DNA of 64,000 bases from Mobula hypostoma (Eukaryota): the NCBI RefSeq assembly GCF_963921235.1, contig NC_086108.1, forward strand, positions 24,552,001-24,616,000. Direction: 5' to 3'. Below are positions 1 to 12,499 of this stretch, piece after piece. Under the pieces are notes generated by a model. That model did no database searches, was not told the DNA's origin, and saw only the letters and a program-made list of their open reading frames with translations. Made by a program: the position numbers and the translations under genes. Position 1 is the first letter of the stretch. Each line of letters begins with the position of its first letter.

Positions 1-79
1 AAGGGGGCTCGGTAGAGAATACAGAAGTGGCCAATGAGAACCATAAACATATGGAGAGAATCACTGCAGAAACATAGAT

Positions 80-455
80 GAGAGAATGTTTGCAAAAGTT
101 AATGTTGGTTACACAGACACTGAGGCAGAGGAAATTATATTGTAGAATGATGGAAATTTGCTGAGTAATTAAATATATTGTGTCTGAGCCAAGTAAATGT
201 TGATTAATGAAACGGAAGAGCTAATATAAAATTATGGAGAGGAAACCATGAGGTTTGACAAATGGTCTTGAACAAAAAACATTCTTTTTCCACAGATACT
301 ATACATGAATCAAAGTTCACACGCATGTTCAGCCGTCAGTTAGGGAAGTATAAAGTATATAGTATATTTCCCTTAATTGCAAGATGATCAGATTAAGAGA
401 ATTTGTGTTTCAATTGTATGGAGCTGTGGTGAAACTGCACTTGAAATATTATTGA
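80..455 (+). mobile_element. Highly degraded CR1 LINE fragment
   Basis: Weak nucleotide resemblance to the tether and RT C-terminal regions of the better-preserved CR1 copies in this window (e.g. GAGGAAATTATA...; GGTGAAACTGCACTTGAAATATT). Confidence 0.45.
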
Positions 456-1352
456 GACTGTTTACCCTTTTCCATAGATTCTACCTGGCCTGAGGTTCTC
501 CAGCATTTTATAAAGGATGCTTCTCATTTTTCTTCTTCACTTCTCCTCACCTTTCCTTTAGCTTTCTTTCCTTCATTTATATTTCCTTTCTTATCTTGCC
601 TTTTGAAAGCCCTTTCTTGTCCTTTCCTCTTTCCATCTGTTGCATGCTGTTCCCACCACTAATCCTCCACCTTCTGCACCCGAGAGCTGTCTCTGGTCTC
701 AAGAAAGTCGTCTGCCGTATCTTCACAGCAGGTTAATACTTGTGGCAATTCAATCAGCCATTTCTGCCATGTATTCCTTTCCCTGTTTATCTAACTAGGT
801 GAAAACAAAAGGTCCTCATATATGATTCAAAGAGGAGCAGATGATATAAGCCTGCAGTATTAACATATATTTATCCCATAATCAGATTTATGTTAACTTA
901 TCATGTTTGTCATGTTTATAATGCACTGTACTGCCAGTCCCAAAGCTAATTTACACTCTGTATGTACACCTACGATAATAAACTTAAATAGCAAGCTTCA
1001 TTAGTGTTATAGAACTACATTTGTACTAAATTTGTTCCAAAAATACTTCACTGGTTGCAAAACACTTTGAGATAAAAATAATGAAATCAAGTGTATGAAT
1101 TCAATCTATTTGTTCTTTTATCCTAAAATTTAACTTCCACACCTGGAGTTAGAGATATTAATGTGTACTTCTTAATAATATGCCTTACAATCAAGTCTAA
1201 ATTAGTCTCCTGGCAGAGTCTCCATTTTGTGTGTAAACTGAACTGTAACAGCTTGTACACAACAGGAATTCTGCAGATGCTGGAAATTCAAGCAACACAC
1301 ATCGAAGTTGCTGGTGACGCAGCAGACCAGGCAGCATCTCTAGGAAGAGGTG

Positions 1353-1390
1353 CAGTCGACGTTTCAGGCCGAGACCCTTCGTCAGGACTA
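1353..1390 (-). ncRNA. Minimal type I hammerhead ribozyme motif (PLE)
   Basis: Minus strand reads TAGTC-CTGACGA-AGGGTCTCGGCCT-GAAA-CG-TC-GACTG: CUGANGA and GAAA core, helix I AGTC/GACT, palindromic ACGT in place of helix III. Confidence 0.8.
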
Positions 1391-2379
1391 ACTGAAGGAA
1401 GAGTGAGTAAGAGATTTGAAAGTTGGAGGGGGAGGGGGAGATCCAATATGATAGGAGAAAACAGGAGGGGGAGGGATGGAGCCAAGAGCTGGACAGGTGA
1501 TTGGCAAAAGGGATACGAGAGGATCATGAGACAGGAGGTCCGGGAAGAAAGACGGGGGGGGGGGGGGAACCCAGAGGATGGCAAGGGGTATATTCAGAGG
1601 GACAGAGGGAGAAAAAGGAGAGTGAGGGAAAGAATGTGTGTATAAAAATAAGTAACAGATGGGGTACGAGGGGGAGGTGGGGCATTAGCGGAAGTTAGAG
1701 AAGTCGATGTTCATGCCACCAGGTTGGAGGCTACCCAGACGGAATATAAGGTGTCGTTCCTCCAACCTGAGTGTGGCTTCATCTTTACAGTAGAGGAGGC
1801 CGTGGATAGACATGTCAGGATGGGAATGAGATGTGGAATTAAAATCTGTGGCCACTGGGAGACCGCTTTGCTGAACATCTACGCTCTGTCCGCCAGAGAA
1901 AGTAGGATCTCCCAGTGGCCACACATTTTAATTCCACATCCCATTCCCATTCTGACATGTCTATCCACGGCCTCCTCTACTGTAAAGATGAAGCCACACT
2001 CAGGTTGGAGGAACGACACCTTATATTCCGTCTGGGTAGCCTCCAACCTGATGGCATGAACATCGACTTCTCTAACTTCCGCTAATGCCCCACCTCCCCC
2101 CGTACCCCATCTGTTACTTATTTTTATACACACATTTTTTCTCTCACTCTCCCTTTTCTCCTTCTGTCCCTCTGAATATACCCCTTGCCCATCCTCTGGG
2201 TTCCCCCCGCCCCTTGTCTTTCTTCCCGGACCTCCTGTCCCATGATCCTCTCGTATCCCCTTTTGCCTATCACCTGTCGAGCTCTTGGCTCCATCCCTCC
2301 CCTTCCTGTTTTCTCCTATCATTTTGGATCTCCCCTTCCCACTCCCACTTTCAAGTCGCTTACTCACTCTTCCTTCAGT

Positions 2380-2417
2380 TAGTCCTGACGAAGGGTCTTG
2401 GCCTGAAACGTCGACTG
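2380..2417 (+). ncRNA. Minimal type I hammerhead ribozyme motif (PLE)
   Basis: TAGTC-CTGACGA-AGGGTCTTGGCCT-GAAA-CGTC^GACTG; predicted cleavage after GUC, between 2412 and 2413. Confidence 0.8.
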
Positions 2418-3719
2418 CGCCTCTTCCTAGAGATGCTGCCTGGCCTGCTGCGTTCACCAGCAACTTTGATGTGTGTTGCAACAGCTTGTATAGCTTGTCC
2501 CCTTCGAGTTCAAACTGGAACAAACATAATCAAATGTATAACATACAAAATTACATAAAGCTTTCAATCAGCTTTAGATCAAAAGCACAGATTCTGTCTG
2601 TTTTGAATTGCCACAGAGATGTAACAAGACCTTCTCAAAAGAAGCAAGACAAATCTATTCATGCCTGATTTCAAGTTCCTTTGTGTTGTTTCACTAACTT
2701 CAGAACAAAGAACATAGAAATTTTTAGCACAATAAAGGTAATTTTCTCCTTTTGCTGAATTCTACAAGATGACAGCACTCTTGACATGTAAAAAGTGGAT
2801 TCTCTCCAAAATCTCTTTATACTTTTAGCATGATTTTTAAGAAAAACTATTTTACCACAGGAAATATTACAAGAAAGGGAACATTGCTACGATTCCAATA
2901 TAATTTTTTGTTTGGGATGTGTGCATCACTAACAAGGGTTTATTGTTGAACTTTGTTATACTTGAAAAGATGGTGGTGGGCTGTCTTCCTCAACTGCCAT
3001 CATCCTTGTGTGTTGGAAGGTGATCTAAGAGGGGGATTACCACTCAGTCCCACTGCTCTGGATAGAAACCACACAGAGGGCAGAACAGAGAGGGTTTTCC
3101 TCCTGTTAAGGAAATTAGTAAATCCATTGGAGTCTTAAAATATTCTGGTAGGATATTGGTCATTATAAGACAATTCTAAAAAATCCCAGATTATTTAATC
3201 CTACAGCTGCCTTGGTGGTATTTGATTTACATCTGTACAGAGTTAGGATGTGTACTGTTGGCAAGAAACCACTGAACTTGCATCGTAACCATGTATATCT
3301 GTAAAGCACAGTTTCTGTGAGTAGTTTGATGAAACCGTCAGACACAATACCCCATGAGCAGTTCACACTGCAGATGAAAATAATATTTCCTTTGCCTTCC
3401 ATGGGAAATCTAGTAAGTGAGAAGAAACTAGTTTTGTTCTACGTTAACTTCTGCTCTGTTCTTAAATCACTGCTGTATCATCAACAAACCTCCAAGTCTC
3501 CTAAGATCTGATCTTAAGCATTTAACAGGTCGGATAATTTATTTAAACCAGTCAATGTTATAAGTTTATCAAGTTGTAATGCGGAGAATTGTTCTATATT
3601 AGGGTATCTGAATCTTCAGTTTGAAATAAAACATCACAAAGGTTCCATTTTAATTTATTTTGAAAAGATAATATAGTGCACAGGCAGATTTTACATTTTT
3701 CATTTATGTTTATACATTC

Positions 3720-4134
3720 ACTCATGTCTTCTCACTGCTGCCATCAGGAAGAAGGTACAAGAGCCTCAAGATTCACACCACCAGGTTCAGGAACAGTAAT
3801 TACCCCTCAGTCATCAGGCTCTTGAACAAAATGAGATAAGCTTCTCTCCACTTCACACCCCATCATTGAAATGTTCCCACAACCAATGGACTCACCTTGA
3901 GGGGACTCTTCTTCTCATATTCTCAATATTTGTTATTATTTATTTTTGTGTTTGCTCAGTTTGTTGTCTTTTACTCTTTGGTTGAATGCCCAAGATGGTG
4001 TGGTCTTTCATTGATTCTGTTATGGTTATTAATCTATAGACTTATTGAGTACACCCACAGGAAAATTAATCTCAGGATTGTACAGTATATGGTGACACAT
4101 ATGTACCTTGATAATAAATTTACTTTGAACTTTG
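3720..4134 (+). mobile_element. Rex1/Babar-type LINE 3' end
   Basis: Reads FSLLPSGRRYKSLKIHTTRFRNS, the typical Rex1 C-terminal motif, followed by a 3'UTR ending AATAAATTTACTTTGAACTTTG. Confidence 0.75.
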
Positions 4135-6227
4135 CAAGTATATCTGTAAAGCACTCACATCCGAAGATCAATTACATTGCTATTGATGCACACAGTCCTG
4201 GATTAGACCACATCTGACATCCTAACCAGATCCTTCTGATTTAATTTTACAGCAGGTTAAATGGCTTGGTTCCCTGAATATCATTTTTAAGTGACGCAGC
4301 ATTGCAAATGTACGTGGACCTACTTGTTTCTTCCAGAACCCAGAAACAGGAAATTTGAACCTATTTATTTAATGAACTTGGTAGGTCACCAAGTCCCCAG
4401 GTTCCACTATAAAATGGTCAAGTCAGGATTGATGTAAACATCTTTGACAGGCTTAATTTCACTTTCGATTAAAACCCAGCAGACCATGTAATCAATTAAA
4501 TGACTACATCGTAAGTTAAGTACCATATTAAAGCTATTGTGCCAAGATCTGATTTCAATATAACTGAGTTTTTGTGGGGTTTTATTTTTTGTTTGTTTTC
4601 TCTTCCATACTTTTCTGTAGCTTTACATATCTGGTTACATAAAAGAACACAAAAAATCAACATTTAAGACAGTTTTCTGATAATAAACTGAACATATAGT
4701 AAACATTCAATAAGCAGAAGTGCCAGGACATAGTAGTTGCATAGCAAATACAAGTACACATTGAAGCAGCAGCCATTACTGAGGAAGACAATGGTAGGTT
4801 CACAAATTATAATAAAAGTTGTAATGATTTTTGAGAGAACAAATACTGTTTTGTTGGAGAATAAACAAACAGACAATAGCTCAACTTTTACTGAGCTATT
4901 CATTAAAGTCTATTAGTGTTCAATCTTAAGAAAGTAAAGGCGGCATTCACAAATGTAAATGTCTCTGCCAGTGCGACACAACTCACCTTTAGTTGTGTAT
5001 TTAATCTGATCACTCACCAATCTTGTAGGAAAGAACAATGAAAACACCCGAGAGTCATGCAGCTAAGAATAACTGAGTTTTAAATGACATTGCAAGTTGC
5101 AATTACTGCTGAATGACCTCTCTGGCCTTGGAATATTAATTTTGAAACTGCAGAATCTCATTTCATGAGAAAATTAATGTGGCAGATTAAAATCATAATT
5201 CATTTTATCTTATTTTTGTATTAAATTATTCTCTTAATCCTTTGTGCATGTCCCATTTTTATTGCACTCACTACAATGATTTAACTGTCATTTATATATC
5301 CAGTTCTTTACTTGTTTCACAACTTGTGAAGGTTCTTCAGAGCTTTAACTCAGTTACATTTCACTGGGTCGTGAGGTCACATGAGCTGTTAATATCCAGA
5401 AATCACATTACATTTGATTTCTGGATAGGAATACCCTGTAAAGTTGGTCAACTGATATTGCAACTCACAGCTTCTTCACACACTTCACCATTATGCCACA
5501 AATCTGAACTGAACACTTACCACACTTCCTTCTTCAGCAATGTTAGCCTGTAAGATTCTGAGTGCAAGCTTCGAAAAAGGCAACAGGGCCGGTGAGGTCA
5601 TTTGGCGCTCCTGTGATCGACAGAGCCATTGGTCTGAGGACTTTGAGTATGAGTTTCAAAAAAGCCAATGAGGCCAATTGAATAATTTGGTGCTCTTGAG
5701 ATCATTGGGTAAGCAGGCACTTGACAAGGGCCAATAAAATGAGGTTAGGTTTAAGTAGATTGGCCATTTTAGGGGTGGCTGGAGGGAGGGATAGAGTCGA
5801 GTTGTGACCGGAAAATGGCGGCGAGAGAGAACATCAAGGAAAGAAGCAAGCTGTTGAAGGAAGGAAGTTTTTGGCGAGAGTGGAAGTGAACTAGAGATAG
5901 AGGTTCCTCGCTTAACTAGTTTAACTCTCCCCAAAAGCTTTAGCAAACCTTCTTGCAAGAATATTGGTCCTCTTTGACTTCAGGTGCAGATCATACCTTC
6001 CCCAGAAGAGAAGATCCACAAACCTGAAACTCTGCCCCCTGCACCAATTCTTCAGCTGCAAACTCATCTACAAATCATCCATCTTGTGGTGCTGCTTTTC
6101 AGTTTTCTCCCTAGCTCCCTATATACACTCTTCAGTACCTTACCTCTACTTATGCCAATGGTAGCAATATGTACCACAACTTCTAATTGCTCAACCTCCC
6201 CTTTTAGAATGCTATGGACCTAATCCG

Positions 6228-7238
6228 TGGGTCCATAGGGGTCCGTGTTGGGGCCGCTTCTTTTTACATTTTACGTCAACGATTTGGATTATGGAATAGA
6301 TGGCTTTGTGGCTGAGTTTGCTGATGATACGAAGATAGGTGGAGGGGCCAGTAGTGCTGAGGAAACAGAGTCTGCAGAGAGACTTGGATAGATTGGAAGA
6401 ATGGGCAAAGAAGTAGCAAATGAAATACAATGCTGGAAAGTGTATGGTTATGCACTTTGGCAGAAGAAATAAACGGGCAGACTATTATTTAAATGTGGAG
6501 AGAATTCAAAGTTCTGAGATGCAATGGGAGTCCTCGTACAGGATACCCTTAAGGTTAACCTCCAGGTTGAGTCAGTGGTGAAGGAGGCGAATGCAATGTT
6601 GGCATTCATTTCTAGAGGAATAGAGTATAGGAGCAGGGATGTGTTCTTGAGGCTCTATAAGGCACTGGTGAGACCTCACTTGGAGTACTGTGGGCAGTTT
6701 TGGTCTCCTTATTTAAGAAAGGATGTGCTGACGTTGGAGAGGATACAAAGAAGATTCACTAGAATGATTCCAGGAATGAGAGGGTTAACATATGAGGAAT
6801 GTTTGTCCGCTCTTGGACTGTATTCCTTGGAGTTTAGAAGAATGAGGGGAGAGCTCATAGAAACTTTTCGAATGTTGAAAGGCATGGACAGGGTGGATGT
6901 GGCAAAGTTGTTTCCCATGATGGAGGAGTCTAGTACAAGAGGGCATGACTTAAGGGTTGAAGGGCGCCCATTCAGAACAGAGATGCAAAGAAATTTTTTT
7001 AGCCAGAGGGTGGTGAATCTATGGAATTTGTTGCCACGGGCAGCATTATACTCAAGTCATTGGGTGTATTTAAGGCAGATTGATAGGTATTTGAGTTCCC
7101 AGGGCATCAAAGGTTATGGTGAGAAGGCGGGGGAGTGGGACTAAATGGAAGAATGAATCAGCTCATGATAAAATGGTGGAGCAGACTCGATGGGCCGAAT
7201 GGCCGACTTCTGCTCCTTTGTCTTATGGTCTTATGGTC
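6228..7238 (+). mobile_element. CR1 LINE, 5'-truncated (RT C-terminus + 3'UTR)
   Basis: ORF 6524-7144 (LYKALVRPHLEYCGQFWSP...RNFFSQRVVNLWN), FADD motif near 6317, (TCTTATGG)n tail at 7221-7238. Confidence 0.95.
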
Positions 7239-7862
7239 TAATCTGAAATGTCCCTGACTCCGGCACTTGTAAGGCATTATACCTTTCACATCCACAGAAT
7301 CTCCTGCCTGTTTCCTTAACTACTGTATCCCCTATCACTCCTGCATTCCTCTTCTCCCCAGTTCCCTTCTGAGCAACAGAGCCAGACTCAGTGACAGAGA
7401 CCCAGGCCCTAAGGGTTTTCCTTGGTAGGTTGTCCACCCTAGCAGTATCCAAAGCAGTTGACTTGTTTTTGAGAGAAACAGCCACAGGAATACCTGCACT
7501 GTCTACCTATTCTTTCCCCTCTCCTGACAGTCACCCAGCAAACTACCTCCTCCAACTTAGGAGTGACTGTCTCTATGTATTCACTATATATCACCTCCTC
7601 ATTCTCCTTTATGTGTCAAATATAATCCAGATGTAGCTCCAATTCTCTAATATGGTTTATAAGGAGCTGCAGCTGGATTCACTTCATGCTGATGTAGGTA
7701 TCAAGGAGTCTGGAAGTCTCCCAAAACTCCCACATCTGACATAAAGAACACACCACTAACCCTGGACCCATTCTCACTGCATTATTTTAAATAAGAAAAC
7801 TTATCAGAAACCTACCTCTGCCTCTTATTGCTGAAGCACTCTAACACTGTCCCACAGCCAGG
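7239..7862 (-). mobile_element. CR1 ORF1 region relic
   Basis: VIGDTVVKETGRRFCGCER resembles the esterase-like ORF1 of the other CR1 copies (GDSIVRG...RFCG at about 37550). Confidence 0.75.
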
Positions 7863-9530
7863 CCTTCTTCTTCTTCTTCTCCTTCTTTTTCGTTTTATGG
7901 TGGTTGGCAACCAGTTTTCAATGCATTACCGCCACCTGCTAGACTTCTTGTGTTCCAACCAAATATGTCCTGGAGTTCTCTACTTTAGACAATCTAGTTC
8001 AGCCTGCAGTTCACTATTAGCATCACTCTGTAGCTGCAATTCCTCGTGAATGCTTAATGCGCTCATTAGATAATGCCGCAAACTGCTATTCTTCCCTAAT
8101 TTTGTCACATGTTTTTGTGTAGTTGCATTACCTCAATAATGTGACAAAATTACATCACTTGTAAGACTAAAATCGTCTTGTTAAAGAATATAAATATGTA
8201 ATAATTTCCTCCATTTTCCAATCTCTTTCCAACTCACCGTTGTTCTTGTTGGGTACTTCTATTTGTTGTTGGAGTTCTGCACATTTACCCTGGGCTTCAA
8301 CCATAAAATCTGAGGATTTTCCTTAAGTTCTGAAACATTTCTTAAATTCTTGACCGTTTGCGATAAATATACAGCTATTAAGATTTCATCTCCCCTGCCT
8401 GTGAACTGTTGGATCCTCCATTCAAAGTTTCTTTGACTTCTTCCTACCTAATCCCTTTAATACCAAGATACTTTTCTGCAGACTTGACGATAATTTTAAT
8501 TTTCTCAGTTCTTTTGCTTGTTTGCGCTGAACAATTAATTGCATCCACCATAAAAAGCATGAAATTCTTTCTACTCATTAGTAGTGTATCCTTATTTTTC
8601 ATATTACAGCTCTCACAATTCACCAGTTTATTATTCCCTGTATTTGTTTGCTTGACAGCCTTTTTTTCATCAAATTCTTTCACTGCCTCTGCATAACTGA
8701 TTCCTTGAGTTACTTTTACATATTGAATCTCAGCCGCCTTCTTGCTATAAATGCACCCTCGATAAGCTGCGCTGTTGTCCTTACCACAATTACAGCATTT
8801 CAGCCTAGCTCCCGCTTCACATTTCCCATATTCATGTTCTCCAGCGCATCTCCCACGTCTTTGTTTTCCTCTGCAGACCGCCGCAATGTGCCCGAATTTC
8901 TGACATTTAAAGGCGGTGGTATATATATTCTAACCGCACAACATATATACCCTAAGTAGACGTTAGTCGGCAATCTCTGTTCATCAAAGTTAATCATTAC
9001 TGATAAATTATCACACTATTTCCCGTTTCTTGTAACTTTCAAACATTTGGCCTCAATAATTTTTGCTCCTTTTATGTTCTGTTTAATCTCATCCATAGTA
9101 ACTTCTGTTGGTGTCCCTGAAAGAACTCCTCTAGTCCACTTTCTATTGTTGGGTATTGAGCATTGTACTGCTTTGCCGTCTATTTTACATAATCTTATCA
9201 TTTTACCTTGCTGAGCACTATCCTGACAAATCATTAATAGCGATCCATTTCGTAAAATCTTTGCTCCTTTAATCTCGCATATAATTTTGTTGAGCATCTT
9301 TGTCAAATGAATCGGGTTCCAATCACCAAAAGACACCCCATCTTCACTTAGTTTTATAATTGCTTTAATCTCATCTTCTTTCCATTGTTTTGCTGTCCTG
9401 TTTTGATCATCCGCTGACTCCTCAGAGTTTGATATCTCGTACCTCTGCTTTCTTTTCTTCCTCTTTCCATTCCGTTCTTCTTTCTCCCATTGAGGCAGGG
9501 AAATGATGGTAAGGTGAAAAAAAGAGATGT
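7863..9530 (-). mobile_element. Nimb/I-group LINE, internally deleted (ORF1 retained, ORF2 mostly lost)
   Basis: ORF1 fragments WNPIHLTK...LRNGSLLMIC...RGVLSGTP, LPTNVYLGY...YIPPPL and FMVDAINCSAQ...KIKIIVKSAEKYLG. ORF2 start resembles ..IANGQEFKK. 3' end CAGGTGGCGGTAATGCA with (GAA)n tail at 7864-7885. Confidence 0.75.
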
Positions 9531-11640
9531 GAGCATCTTTTCAAGAGAAAGGAGGAAGCTTACTTAAGGCCTAGGAAGCAATGATCAGACGGGGCGCTTG
9601 AGAGGTACAAAGTGGTCTGAAAGGAGCTGAAGAATGGACCTAGGGGAACTTGAAGGGGGCATGAAAAGGCCTTGGTAGGTAAGATTATGGAAAACATTCT
9701 ATATGTATCCAAAGAACAGGAGAATAGCTGCCTGGTGTCCTCAGTGGATACCTAACGTTTGTGAGCACAATGCAAAATAGGCTAATATGCTAGAAAATAT
9801 CAATGTTAAGAAAGAGGAAGTGCTGGAACTTTTGAAAAACATTAGAATAGATAATTCCCTGGGGCCAGACAGGATATACCCCAGGTTACTACAGGAAATG
9901 AGGTAAGAGATTGCTGCACCTTTGGCAAAGATCTTTCTGTCCTTGCAGTACTAGTTGGTTTGAGGGTGACAAATGCAATTCCTTTGCTCAAGAAAGGGAA
10001 TAGGGACAACCGTGAAGATTGTGAGCCAGTGTCTTACTTCTATGGTGCGCTAGTTATTGGAGAAGATGCTTAGAAATAGGATTGTACAAACATTTGGAGA
10101 AGCATAGTCTAATTACAGATAGTCAGCATGGCTTTGTGAGAGGCATATCATGCTCGTCTCACAAGTCTGATTGAATTGAGGATGTGACATAGCACATTGA
10201 AGGTAGAGCAGTGGATGTGGTGAATATGGATTTTAGTAAGAAATTTAATAAGGTTTCCTATGGTCATCTCGTTCAGAAATACAGGAGGCATGGGATCCAG
10301 GGAAACTTGGCTGTGTAAATTCAGAATTGGCTTGCTTATAGAAGGCAGAGGGTGGTAGTAAACAGACTGTATTCTGCCTGGAGGTCTGAGACCAGTGTTG
10401 TTCCACAAGGAGCTGCCCTGAGACTCCTGCTCTTTATGACTTCTGTAAAATGACTTGGATGTAGAAATGGCAGGGTGGGTTAGTGAATAGCAGGTGACAC
10501 GATAGTAGGTCGAGCGGTGAATAGCGTAGAATGTTGCTACAGGGTACAATGTGACATTGCTAGGATGTAGAGCTGGGCTGAGAAGATGCGGATGGAGTTC
10601 AATCCATAAAAGTATGAAGTGATTCACTCTGTAAGGTCAAATTTGAAGGCACAATACAGGGTTAATGGCATGCTTCTTGGCAGTGTGGAGGAACAGAGAG
10701 ATCTTGGGTTCACATCCAAAGATCTCGAATACTTGTGCAAGTAGTTAGGGTTGTTAACAAGACATCCAGTTTATTAGCCTTCATTAGCCAGGGGACTGAG
10801 TTCAAGAGCCATGAGGTAATGCTGAAGCTATATAAAACTGGTTGTTTATTATTTACTGGGATACAGTGTGGAATAGGTCTTTCCAGCCCGACAAGCCATG
10901 CTGCTTAGCAACCCCTGATTTACAATCACCCATCAGCCCATGAACCAGTACATCTTTGGACTGTGGGAGGAAACTGGCGTACCTGGAGAAAACCCACAAA
11001 CTCCATGGGGAGGATGTCCAGACTCCTTACAGAGGACGCCAGAATTGAGCTCCAAACTCCAATGCTCTGAGTGGGAATAGCATTGTGCTTAACACTATGC
11101 TTCCAAGGCAACCCATGTAGGCACACTTAGCATATTTTGTTCAATTCTGGTCATATCATTATAGGAAGGGTGCAGAAGCATTAGAGAGGATTCAGAGGAG
11201 ATTTGCCAGCATGCTGCCTGGATTAGATATTCTAATGAGAATAGGCTGAGCAAACTTGGGCTTTTCTCTCTCAGGAGCAAAGGAAGATAAAAGGTGACTT
11301 GACAGAGGCATACAAGATGATAGCAGCCATAGTCATTTTCCCGGGGTAGAAATATCCAAATATCAGGGTACATAATTTTAAGGGTATTGGAGGAAAGTAT
11401 GGGGAAAGGGGATGCAAGAGGCAAGTTTTTTACACAGAGTGAGTACATGAAATGACCTGCCAGGCATGGTGATAGAGCCATATATATTAGTGGCATTGAA
11501 GAATCGCTTCAATAGGCACTTGGTTGAGAGGAAAATGGAGGGCTGGGTAGGACAGAAGAGGTAGATTGATCTTAGACTAGGTTGAGAAGTCATTATAACA
11601 TTGTGGGACAAAGGACCAGTGCTATAATGTTCTATGCTTC
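9530..11640 (+). mobile_element. Degraded CR1 LINE (tether-RT-3'UTR), interrupted by a SINE
   Basis: Degenerate SPGPDRIYPRLL, SQHGFVRGISCSS, DFSKKFNKV and VPQG motifs; 3' end TATAATGTTCTATG near 11623-11636. Confidence 0.88.
10843..11114 (-). mobile_element. tRNA-derived V-domain SINE (HE1-like)
   Basis: V-SINE core on the minus strand (GTGGGTTTTCTCCAGGTACGCCAGTTTCCTCCCACAGTCCAAAGATGTAC) with an AT-rich tail; splits the CR1 YKTG|RHTL region. Confidence 0.8.
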
Positions 11641-12185
11641 ATATTTTAAGAAGATAGTAGCATGTAAATAGTTTGAAAATACATCGACAATCGGCCAAAC
11701 TTGCTCCAACTCCCATAAATGCAAAGTAAAAAGCAATACAGACAAAATAACAATAAACTCACTATTTTCTTCACCCTCTGAATATCAGCCACAAGGAAAA
11801 TTAAAAATTGACTCACTGGCAATAAACCTTGGAGTAATTGCTGAGAATCAATTGAAGCAAATGCTTACGTATCTCCCTCCATCAAAAGTGTTGAGTGAAT
11901 CGGATTTAAAAACATCCTTTTCTAACATCAATTCCCAATGAATTTTCTCTGACATGTGTATAATGGAGTTTTCACCTTTATACATAAAAACATTGCTTTT
12001 AAATTGGAACCTAAATGTTTTATGGAAAGGTTCACATTCTCACATATTTCAAATCACACCATTGGAGTAATTGCAGAAATCCTTTGACACAAGTACTCAG
12101 TGAAACTGATTCTGTAATTGATGAGCAACAACATAAAAGTCGCTGGTGAACGCAGCAGGCCAGGCAGCACCTCTAGGAAGAGGTA

Positions 12186-12223
12186 CAGCCGACGTTTCGG
12201 GCCGAGATGCTTCGTCAGGACTA
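12186..12223 (-). ncRNA. Hammerhead motif, helix II damaged
   Basis: TAGTC-CTGACGA-AGCATCTCGGCCC-GAAACGTC-GGCTG on the minus strand. Confidence 0.6.
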
Positions 12224-12499
12224 ACTGAAAGAAGTGCTAGTAAGAGATTTGAAAGTTGGAGGGGGAGGGATGAAGCTAAGAGCTGGACAGGTGATTGGCA
12301 AAAGGGATATGAGAGGATCATGGGACAGGAGGCCTAGGGAGAAAGAAAAGGTGGAGGGGGGGAAAAACCCAGAGGATGGGCAAGGGGTATAGTGAGAGGG
12401 ACAGAAGGAGAAAATGGAGAGAGAGAAAAAGAATGTGTGTATATAAATAAATATCGGATGGGGTACGAGGGGGAGGTGGGGCATTAGTGGAAGCGGAAG

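Larger units (their letters stand above)
1258..2479. mobile_element. Penelope-like element (Neptune-like), head-to-head inverted 3' fragments
   Basis: 11-bp TSD AACAGCTTGTA at 1247-1257 and 2480-2490. Arms 1292-1862 and 1908-2479 are reverse complements. Both encode a GIY-YIG C-terminus (HFNSTSHSH..MSIHGLLYCKDEATLRLEERHLIFRLGSLQP.GMNIDFSNFR*). Confidence 0.92.

Noticed and set aside
661..783. Possible minus-strand terminal exon (ERNTWQKWLIELPQVLTCCED...)
   Set aside because: Poor polypyrimidine tract, no recognisable protein similarity, no partner exons.
1163..2668. Overlapping ORFs of 60-214 aa as novel genes
   Set aside because: They are alternative or antisense frames of the PLE inverted repeat; the same peptides recur at the other pLTR copies.
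3163..3418. Possible exon (minus-strand acceptor at 3410 with an open frame, or plus-strand GTAAGT donor at 3413)
   Set aside because: Signals conflict between strands and the peptide is unrecognisable; RNA-seq would be needed.
5521..5547. 27-nt minus-strand micro-exon candidate (CAG|...|GTAAGT)
   Set aside because: Expected by chance in 64 kb; no supporting gene context.
5560..6210. GC-richer stretch with AAAATGGCGGCG and a possible decayed PLE or LINE 5' end
   Set aside because: Could not be assigned; no TSD or convincing protein motif.
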